DNA of 43,419 nt from Fidelibacterota bacterium (GTDB lineage Bacteria; Fidelibacterota; UBA2242): the NCBI GenBank assembly GCA_028719225.1, contig JAQUKI010000001.1:1-43419 (forward strand), given 5' to 3'. The translations under genes were made by a program, and so were the position numbers. The notes below the pieces were generated by a model, which was not told the DNA's origin, searched no databases, and was given only the letters and a program-made list of their open reading frames with translations. Below, piece by piece: positions 17,267-25,666 of the stretch (the first letter of the stretch is position 1; every line of letters begins with the position of its first letter).

Positions 17267-19773
17267 ATGAAAAAAATATTAACGTATTTTACAGGAATTA
17301 TTTTGTTGTCGGCAATTACTACAGCCGCTGATCTGTCCGTCATACCGACACCACAAAGCGTCCATTTCCAGCCGGAATCGTTCGGTTTTACCGAACTCAA
17401 TTCGGTTCAGATCGTTTTGGGCGATAGCATCACAGCGGATGACGAAGGCGTTAAAATTCTCCGCGAAGCCATCGTCAATTCATTCGGAATTCAAACAAAC
17501 GTTGTCCAGACCGGTGATAACTCCGCGCTGGCATCTATTAACCTCGTTATCGCTTCATCTGATACCGGCGCAAACAAAATATCCGCTTATGAATTTACGC
17601 CGGAAATGACGGAAGAGGGCTATTTTCTCGACATTTTGCCGAACAAGATCACCATCGCGGCAAAGAATCCGACCGGTTTGTTCTATGGAATGATGACGCT
17701 GACACAGATGATCCGCTCCGCCGAAAAAGGAAAAATTCCCTGCGTTCTCATCAAAGATTTTCCGTCGATGAAATGGCGCGGCGTCTCGGATGATTTCAGC
17801 CGCGGGCAAGTTTCAACGATGGACAATTTCAAGCAAATTATCCGCTTTCTGGCCGAAGACAAGATCAACGTGTTCATTCCGTACATGGAAGACGTCATTC
17901 AGCTGGAAAAATATCCGGACATCGGCGTCGGGCGCGGCGCACTTTCCAAAGATGAAATCCGCGAGATTAGGCGTATGCCAAACGACTTCACGTCCAGATC
18001 GTTCCGGTGTTTCAGACGCTCGGCCATTTTGAAAATATTCTCACGATGCCGAACTACGAAAAATTCGCCGAATATCCCGGCGCGGGTTCGCTGAATTCAA
18101 CAAATCCCGAATCGGATAAATTTCTGTTCGATCTGCTCGACGAGGTGATTCCACTGTTTGAATCGGAATATTTCCACATCGGAGCCGACGAATCGTGGGA
18201 TGTCGGTCTGGGCGCTAATCGCGATCTGGTGGCAAAAGACGGCATTTCAAAAATCCACGCACGGCATTATCAAAAAGTGTACGACAAGGTAAAATCCTAC
18301 GGGAAAAACGTGATGATGTACGGCGACATTATCCTGCATCATCCCGACATCCTCAATCAAATTCCAAAAGACATTATCATCGTCGATTGGCACTATTCGG
18401 CGACCGATAATTATCCATCGGTCAAACAATTCGCCGACTCCGGATTTCAGGTCATCGTTTCGCCGGGAATTCAAAATTGGCTGAATGTGATCCCGAATTA
18501 CGACGCCGCGTGGATCAACATTTCCAACATTAATCTCGAAGGCTACAAGATGAAGGCGCTCGGTTCCATCAACTCGACGTGGGGCGATTACGGCGGGCCG
18601 AATTTTCGGGAATGGAATTATCTCGGTTATGCCTATGGCGCGGAGTCTTCGTGGAATACGCCGGGCATGAATGGAGAAACGATTAACCAACGGTTTTTTA
18701 AACAGTTTTTCGGATGCGAGGATTCCCGGCTGTCATCGCTTCTAATTCATTTGAACGAAATCCCGAACCTGACAAATTACAAGGAAATCTTTCGCCAGCC
18801 GTTTTTCCAAACGGATGAATCCGCCGGAAAAATCCTGCTCCGTAGCCGCCAACTCATAGAAAACGGGAACGCCGCGTTGGTACTGATTGATGAACTCCGT
18901 CGGATCGTTAAAACGAATGTCTATTATCTCGATTACTATGAATTCGCCGCAAAAATGAGCGTTTTTATGGGCGATCGCCTGAAATTCACGCGCGACATCA
19001 GCCGGATCGGCATGCTCAAATTGGAATCGACGTTAACCGAGGATGAATGGAATCTTCTTCAGCAAAATTGCTCGGCGCTGATCGAAGGCCTGAACGATCT
19101 GGAGCATTCGTTCAAATCGCTCTGGCTGAGGACGAACCGGCCGGACAATCTTTCACGCGTGCTCAACCTGTTCCGCGTTCAGATGGCCTACCTTGAATCG
19201 GCGCAGGAAAATCTGGCCGCGCATTCGGTTCAGATTCCGACGACGCTCTCCTCAAAATTTATCACCGCAAAACAGAATCCCGATTCCGAAAAGCCTGCGC
19301 CGGCGTTTCTCCGGAAAACATTCGAACTCGAGCGGCTTCACGGTTTAAAAAGCGCCAACCTGCAAATGATTGCCAATTCAGAGGCGAATATTTCCATCAA
19401 CGGTAAATCCGTCGGTCGGATCACGGCGACGAAATCGCTTTCGCTGCTCGTCGAAAATCAGCGCATCGGCTGGTGGGACGTGCTTGACAAATTAGAAAAA
19501 GGAAAGAACATCATCACCGTTGCAGTTCAAGGTTACAAGCCGAAAATGCCTTCGACGGCCAATGTCTATCTCGAACTCCAGTTTGAGGATGGCCAAACGA
19601 TGATCATTCAATCCGACGGGACGTGGGAATCCGCGACGCAAGTCAAAGACGGCTGGCAACTGGCACGCGATTCCGGCGGAAAGTGGAACAATGCTCTGAT
19701 TTTCGATAAATATCCGTGGCGGATTTCCGCTCCGATGTTCGGGAAAGGATTTGCCTCGCAGATCGAGTTTTAA
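17267..19773 (+). pseudogene. GH20 beta-N-acetylhexosaminidase with a C-terminal galactose-binding-like domain, interrupted by a 1-nt frameshift near 17969.
   Basis: ORFs 17267-18094 and 18007-19773 are two halves of one gene. The first has a signal peptide plus IPTPQSV and FPSMKWRG. The second frame reads AYAKRLHVQIVPVFQTLGHFE...HIGADE (GH20 catalytic pair). Only 2 nt (17969-17970) lie between EI(17963-17968) and AYAK(17971-). Confidence 0.7.
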
Positions 19774-19795
19774 ATCGGAAAAAATACGGGATAAT

Positions 19796-19825
19796 AAAAA
19801 GGGCGGGATTTTACCCGCCCTTTTT
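19796..19825. terminator. Bidirectional rho-independent terminator between convergent genes.
   Basis: AAAAA-GGGCGGG-atttta-CCCGCCC-TTTTT: a 7-bp GC stem and 6-nt loop, with an A-tract and a T-tract on either side. Confidence 0.75.
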
Positions 19826-19844
19826 ACATATATACAGAAACGGA

Positions 19845-22553
19845 TTATTTGACCATCGTCATCCGTTTGACTTTTGTAACATTGCCGTTTTTCACAGCAT
19901 ACAAATAAACACCTGTGGACATTGCCGAACCATTCCGATCTAAACCATTCCACGTAATCGTATAAGTTCCGGTTGACAATTTCTTGTTGACCAGCGTAAC
20001 AACTTCTTTTCCCAGCAAGTCGTAAATCGTCAACGTAACAACCTTTTCGCTTGGAACGTCAAAAACGATGTTCGTCGTGGCGTTGAACGGATTCGGATAA
20101 TTCTGTTGCAAACGGAAGTTATCCAAACTGGTGATATGATTCGAACCGGGATCAATTGCCGATCCGGCACTCTGATTTGTATAACGGGCAACATTTCCCT
20201 GATATGTAAAGAAATAACCAAAATCGTTATCCGCGACTACAGCGCCTAGGAAATCATTACCAGACAATGCAGAGGCAACGGGAACCGGTGTCCATGAATC
20301 ACCCAGATTATCCGTGTAGAAAACTTCGCCATAATCACAAAATGCCATAATCCGACTGGTGCCGGGAACAGCAACAACCGCGTTGACCCAACCATCAGCG
20401 GAAACCGGTGAACTGACAAGGTCCCAGGTTTCGCCGCCGTCTGTAGTAACAAATGGAACGCCATCGATTGAGCTATCGTCGCCGCCATTGATACCGACAG
20501 CCATACCATCAGAATCGCTCGTGAAAGTTATTCCACGGATTACTTTTGCACAACCGGTCGGGACCTCAAAACTTTCCCAATTAACACCGGCATCATACGA
20601 CCGATAAACATAGGCTGTGTCTGAAGAAGATGTTGTGCCGGTAAACCAAACCGACTCGCCATTATTCCAGACAGCGGTGCCCCATGAATAGATCGCCTGA
20701 GACGCTGACATATAATCAACACCGGTTATTTCAGTCCAGGTTGCGCCCTTATCTATAGACCGTGCGAAATAGAGATCGCCATTAGCCGCGCCGTCACCCA
20801 AAGCAACTGCAACACTGTCATTCAGAACCCTGATTCCATCGAACCAGCCGGCGCCACTGAAGACCGGATCGGCCAGATAGGTGTGTACAAGAGTCCAATC
20901 CTGGCCGCCGTTTGTTGTTCTATAGATTTCACCAACAGCAGTAGCAACAACAGCGATATTGGCATCGAAGGCATCTACCTGTGCCGCACGCCCGGGAATA
21001 GCCGTAGTATTGTGTGTAAACGTTTTGCCACCATCAGTGGAACGGAAAACATAGGTCACTTTGTTGGTACCGTCCACGCCGCAAAACCAGATGACATTGC
21101 CATTATTCAGAGCGCGACCCGGTTTGAACAATATACCGCTGGGAGCCGCTCCGTTGAATAATACTTCGGGAGCTACGATCAGACTATCTGCACCACTCGA
21201 AGTAACCGTAGCATCGAGAATTACGATTGGTGCGGATCCCTCAGCCGTGAAAACATCCGGAGCGTATGAAGTACTGGATGTATATAAAACTTCTGCCTCG
21301 GGATCGTCATCGATATTGGCAATATTCAGAACCGACCAAACACCGGTTGCTTCCGTCGCCGAATAGAGCGAATCGATCAGCATCAGTTCATAATTCGCCG
21401 GATTTGTAATGTCACCGCCTTTATAAGAAACGCAGGTGATCAAACCGTTCGGAGTTGCATCGCGTGAACCAAATATGAAATCGAGATAGCCGTCGCCATC
21501 AATATCGCCACTTGCACCACCCCATGGGCCGCGCGCTCCTGTCGGCCAATATGCCGAGAGATTAAACAACTCTGTCGCTTTTAATGTATCGGCAACTTCC
21601 TGTAGGAGATAAACTCCCTTTTTCGTATCATCGCCCCAATCATAAACGGCGCAAACGATTTCTTTCGTACCGTCTTTGTCCAAATCGACACCCTTTGCAG
21701 ATTGAACCGGCGCGCCACCGGCCAAAGGACTTAGCGCGGTGTAACTCCATCCGCTATTAAAAGATAATTTCGAGATTTCTGTCTCCGAGAAAAAATAGGC
21801 GTTGTTTCCAGTGACGGCAACATCCCATTTATTTTGAACCGTGGAGGTCATACTCCAATCTTTTCCGCTGGCTTCCAGCGTCCAGGTTTCCGAACCATCT
21901 GCATTATCCGGAATATTGCTTACAGAACAAACCCCGACATAATAACCACCGTTGTTACCTGCCCGATCGGCGAAAATTACCTCGGTCGTTCCATCTCCGT
22001 CAATATCAACCGCTTCAGCGTCGATTGGACGGATATTGATACTTTGTTCAGTGGTAATTGTCCATGTCGAGTTCGGCTTATAGCCGCCGGCGCCGTCATC
22101 GACCCCAAGGATATCACCGGTTCCCTGTTCATAAACCGCAATCCGAACGGGGTTGGTGGAAACGGAAAAAGCATTAACCGGCATCCAGGTTATTTCTTCT
22201 TTCTGATCGTTATCCAGATCTGTCAGTAGAAGCGCCGGCCACGTGTTCTGGTAAGCCGGATCGAGTTTGGCCTGCCATACTATATCCCAGTTCGCGCCAT
22301 TTTTTTCCAATTTGTAAATGCGCGGAATAACTTCGCTGGCACCGTCATTCCAATTATCATTTACCAGATAGATTTCGGTTTTTCCATCTTTGTCCAAATC
22401 GACACCGGAAATGATGCCCCCAATACCGCCATTGTTCAATGTGGCTTCGGGAATGTCGATCACACCACTGCGGGTGAAACCGGTTATCCCGGCGAAGCTG
22501 AAAGAAAACAGCGTCAGGACTAACACGCTAAAAATCGTAACAACTTTCTTCAT
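19845..22553 (-). CDS. T9SS cargo protein with FG-GAP/VCBS-like repeats, a BNR/Asp-box propeller and a type-A CTD (payload gene of cassette 2).
   Basis: AGGAGG Shine-Dalgarno site. About six DxDxDG repeats (VDIDGDGTTEV, GDIDGDGYLDF...). Six Asp-box repeats (STDGGKTFT, TTNGGQDWT, SIDKGATWT, SYDAGVNWE, TTDGGETWD, LGDSWT). Canonical CTD QNYPNPFNATTNIVF...LTIYDLLGKEV...STGVYLY. Confidence 0.8.
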   Translation of the reverse strand: MKKVVTIFSVLVLTLFSFSFAGITGFTRSGVIDIPEATLNNGGIGGIISGVDLDKDGKTEIYLVNDNWNDGASEVIPRIYKLEKNGANWDIVWQAKLDPAYQNTWPALLLTDLDNDQKEEITWMPVNAFSVSTNPVRIAVYEQGTGDILGVDDGAGGYKPNSTWTITTEQSINIRPIDAEAVDIDGDGTTEVIFADRAGNNGGYYVGVCSVSNIPDNADGSETWTLEASGKDWSMTSTVQNKWDVAVTGNNAYFFSETEISKLSFNSGWSYTALSPLAGGAPVQSAKGVDLDKDGTKEIVCAVYDWGDDTKKGVYLLQEVADTLKATELFNLSAYWPTGARGPWGGASGDIDGDGYLDFIFGSRDATPNGLITCVSYKGGDITNPANYELMLIDSLYSATEATGVWSVLNIANIDDDPEAEVLYTSSTSYAPDVFTAEGSAPIVILDATVTSSGADSLIVAPEVLFNGAAPSGILFKPGRALNNGNVIWFCGVDGTNKVTYVFRSTDGGKTFTHNTTAIPGRAAQVDAFDANIAVVATAVGEIYRTTNGGQDWTLVHTYLADPVFSGAGWFDGIRVLNDSVAVALGDGAANGDLYFARSIDKGATWTEITGVDYMSASQAIYSWGTAVWNNGESVWFTGTTSSSDTAYVYRSYDAGVNWESFEVPTGCAKVIRGITFTSDSDGMAVGINGGDDSSIDGVPFVTTDGGETWDLVSSPVSADGWVNAVVAVPGTSRIMAFCDYGEVFYTDNLGDSWTPVPVASALSGNDFLGAVVADNDFGYFFTYQGNVARYTNQSAGSAIDPGSNHITSLDNFRLQQNYPNPFNATTNIVFDVPSEKVVTLTIYDLLGKEVVTLVNKKLSTGTYTITWNGLDRNGSAMSTGVYLYAVKNGNVTKVKRMTMVK

Positions 22554-22599
22554 GAAAACCTCCTAGTTTTGTTATTCGTGATCCTTATACATTTGTCAT

Positions 22600-23613
22600 T
22601 CAAAAAGAAACTCCGAGAGATACTCGGTGAGCGCCTTTTAGTGCGCCCAGATCGGAGTAAGCATAATCTGCGTTAATTCCCAAAGCATTTCCCAACCCAA
22701 GCCGAACTCCGGCGCCAAATGTCAAACCGGCTTCATCCGTATTAATTTTGTAACCGCCGCGCAGGCTGAACATCTTCAGAAACGAATATTCGAGACCAAG
22801 ATTATATTGCTCGAGATTATTGTTCGGATGAATCATGTCCGCCGCGACCATGACTGTATGGTTAGTTTTTTCAAGCAGGTTCATACTGATTCCAAAGCGG
22901 AAATTCACCGGCAGGGAGTAGGTTTCATATTTTTTTTCTTTATTAGCGTTCTCAGAATCACTGTAATCCCAGTAAGTACCACTGAACCGAACTTCCGGAG
23001 CGAAGTGCAGAATTGACATACCGAGTCTCAATCCATGAAAATTGGTTCGGTAAACCGTACCCAAATCCATCGCCCATGTCGAATAACCATGACCATAGTA
23101 ATCTTCATGTACTAGCTTGGTGGTCAAACCAACCGAAACGCGATCAGTCAGAAAACGGGCGTAGGTCAAACCGATAGCATAATTGGTCAGGTTGAACATT
23201 TCGCCATTGCCTTCCGGCGTTTCGATTGTGGTAACCTCCATGTCATCCGTCATCAGGTAGACGCCGCTGATAGCGAGGGTTCCAATTCGTCCAAGTTTCA
23301 TCGAATAAGCGAGACCGGCGAATGTAATGTCGGCCGGCCACTTATTATAAGAGCTGAACAAATTGCGATCATTGGCATCTACTAATCCGGCAGGATTCCA
23401 GAAGACAGCGCTGGCATCGTTCGCGACAACGGTAAAGGCTTCGCCCATGCCAGCCGCGCGGGCGCCAACGCCGATTTCCAGAAATTGGGCTACCGATGTG
23501 CCAACCGGAGCAAATTCTGCGGCAAAACTAACCGGCAAAATCAACAGGATGATTATCAGGGATACAGGAAGTATATTTTTGCGCATTGTTCTATTTTCCT
23601 CTCTGATTAGCAT
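22600..23613 (-). CDS. PorV/PorQ-family-like outer-membrane beta-barrel protein (cassette 2).
   Basis: Motifs LEIGVGARAAGMGEAFT and FWNPAGL, with a terminal Phe (LGVSF). The start may instead be ATG 23586 (MRKNILPV...SFA|A). Paralog of 519-1463. Confidence 0.7.
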   Translation of the reverse strand: MLIREENRTMRKNILPVSLIIILLILPVSFAAEFAPVGTSVAQFLEIGVGARAAGMGEAFTVVANDASAVFWNPAGLVDANDRNLFSSYNKWPADITFAGLAYSMKLGRIGTLAISGVYLMTDDMEVTTIETPEGNGEMFNLTNYAIGLTYARFLTDRVSVGLTTKLVHEDYYGHGYSTWAMDLGTVYRTNFHGLRLGMSILHFAPEVRFSGTYWDYSDSENANKEKKYETYSLPVNFRFGISMNLLEKTNHTVMVAADMIHPNNNLEQYNLGLEYSFLKMFSLRGGYKINTDEAGLTFGAGVRLGLGNALGINADYAYSDLGALKGAHRVSLGVSF

Positions 23614-23614
23614 G

Positions 23615-25636
23615 TTAACGAACGATCACAAATTTGCCGATTATCTCGCCTAAAGTAGGCGATTTGACCACATACATGTAAATCCCCGGCGCGGCTTCCT
23701 GATTATTACGGGTCATCAGATCCCACTCGGCCACACTGGCCGCATTCGGGCTAACTTCCTCGCCGACAACTACGGTGCTGTTGGCTTTCGTTTCTGCCAC
23801 ATAATCTCCGTCGAGTGTAAAGATCTGAATCGTTGCATCGGCGGGCAGATTTGTAAATTGCAGACGATGTTCCCATGCAAATGAATCGCTCGGCGTGCGG
23901 TTATTCCAGCTGGCACTTCCCAAATAAGGATTCGGCACAACCTTGACGTTTTTAAGCGTTTGAGTTGCAACCGGATTGGCGGGTGAAATGATATTGGCAT
24001 TTTTTCCAGTATAGATTACCCCAATCGGCTCCGGGATTTCTTCTGTGAAAGCCTGAACGGCGTAATAGTAAACCAATCCCTTGATAATATCTTCATCTAT
24101 GTAACAATATTTTCCATCGTCATCAACGGGCGGTGGCCAGGTAGCGCTTCCGACCGTATCGGTATATGTTGCCAGCGTAGTCCACTCAACCGAGCCGCTA
24201 CTGGATTTTTGTCCTTTTGAAAGCACATAACCTTGAAATTTTGGATGTGTTGTTGAGTTAGCATCCCATTTGACGAAGACACCTTTGGTTACATTATCTT
24301 CGACTTTTTGTTGTAATTCCACGACAGGCGTAGAGGGTGGTTCAAGAGCGGCAATATCGTAGTCGACATCAACAATAAATTGGGCAATTTTCATACTCTT
24401 GACAAGCTTCACCAAACTGTAAACACCGCCACTGTCAAAATCACAACCAATACCCAAAGCGGTCGTGACCACAACCGAATCACCGGGTGGCAATGAATCC
24501 AGCGGCCCGAATGTAAGAATTCCGCGGAAATCATAAGCATACGGCAGGCCGGTGGTAGGATTGGAAAAAATATCTTCAAAAATCGGACTGCTAATCATTC
24601 GCGACCAGGTTAGTGCATCTGAAGTCGGATCGTTATAAATCTGGCAAACGTGAAACGAACTCGGTTTCAACTCTGGAACGCTCTTTAGTACTTTAATACC
24701 AATAAAGCCTGGCGTTTGCAGTTTTCCATCGGCACTCATGTTGCCGAAATCATTTGCCTGACCATTTTCCGCCGTATAACTGGGATTATCACCATCGAAC
24801 ATGATGATCATATGGCTGTCGGCATCGGCGGATGTCAGACCATGGTCACGTCCTGCCATCCGACTTTTATTGTCGTTCGGGTCTGCCGGATCAGCGAACT
24901 TTTCGATCCAGTCCCACTGACTGTTCGACATGGCATGGTCATCGATATTACAATATTTCGACTCGGCATCCCATTGCGGTAATTTGGACACATCACCGTC
25001 AAAGCGGATCGTAAAGTAAAAATCCTTTAAACCCCGCGGAGTGTCGGGCAGCCCATCGCCGTTGGTATCGATTCCAACATTCTTAATCGTATACTCATAA
25101 ATGATGAAATCCGCCGCATAACTGGCGGACCAGGCGTATGTACGTTCCTGAACTTCCAGCCCGAGCGGAAAATGGGTTCCCGAAGCCAACGGCGCCGTTA
25201 CATCGTAATATTTTGTGTAGGTATCTTCTTCGGATCGAGCATTTGTGCTGGTATCGACATGCACTGAGTCCAGAGCAGAAAATTCATGATCGTCGCCTTG
25301 CGTGGAGTGAAAAGTTCCGTCCACAAAAGCCGACAACCAGAGCGTTCCGCGATAAAGGTAAGAATTCCCGGAGCCGCCCGGATAATCGCCGGAAGGTGTG
25401 CGATTGGTATAGGAATCATCACCCATGTAACTGTAATTAGAGCAACGGTTCCAGATATTGCCGATTTTATGCCACTTGTAGTTATCATCTACAATCGGGC
25501 TTTGTGCTGAAAGAGAAATTTTCGACAATCTGGTCGGTTTCTTGGCTTGATCTGCGGCTATCGCAAAGTTAAAAATGAACAGACCGATCAATAAAATCTT
25601 GATAATGTTTTTCATCTTTTTTAAATATTGATTCAT
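23615..25636 (-). CDS. Uncharacterised secreted protein with an FN3-like module and a divergent T9SS CTD (cassette 2).
   Basis: GGAGG Shine-Dalgarno site and a signal peptide. Shares YPGG, ...RTYAWS.../...RTSKAWS..., an FN3-like block (VFVKWD...GYVLSKG...YYYAVQA) and the CTD-like end (VVPNPY...TIQIFTLDGDYV...APGIYMYVV...FVIVR) with 1474-3348. Confidence 0.7.
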   Translation of the reverse strand: MNQYLKKMKNIIKILLIGLFIFNFAIAADQAKKPTRLSKISLSAQSPIVDDNYKWHKIGNIWNRCSNYSYMGDDSYTNRTPSGDYPGGSGNSYLYRGTLWLSAFVDGTFHSTQGDDHEFSALDSVHVDTSTNARSEEDTYTKYYDVTAPLASGTHFPLGLEVQERTYAWSASYAADFIIYEYTIKNVGIDTNGDGLPDTPRGLKDFYFTIRFDGDVSKLPQWDAESKYCNIDDHAMSNSQWDWIEKFADPADPNDNKSRMAGRDHGLTSADADSHMIIMFDGDNPSYTAENGQANDFGNMSADGKLQTPGFIGIKVLKSVPELKPSSFHVCQIYNDPTSDALTWSRMISSPIFEDIFSNPTTGLPYAYDFRGILTFGPLDSLPPGDSVVVTTALGIGCDFDSGGVYSLVKLVKSMKIAQFIVDVDYDIAALEPPSTPVVELQQKVEDNVTKGVFVKWDANSTTHPKFQGYVLSKGQKSSSGSVEWTTLATYTDTVGSATWPPPVDDDGKYCYIDEDIIKGLVYYYAVQAFTEEIPEPIGVIYTGKNANIISPANPVATQTLKNVKVVPNPYLGSASWNNRTPSDSFAWEHRLQFTNLPADATIQIFTLDGDYVAETKANSTVVVGEEVSPNAASVAEWDLMTRNNQEAAPGIYMYVVKSPTLGEIIGKFVIVR

Positions 25637-25666
25637 TAAAAAACCTCCATATTACTCATGGGAGCG

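Noticed and set aside
18007-18094. Treating 17267-18094 and 18007-19773 as two independent overlapping genes.
   Set aside because: The second frame continues the GH20 barrel from 17971 onward with no plausible start or Shine-Dalgarno site of its own. The tail of the first ORF after 17969 is out-of-frame junk. A single frameshifted gene explains both.
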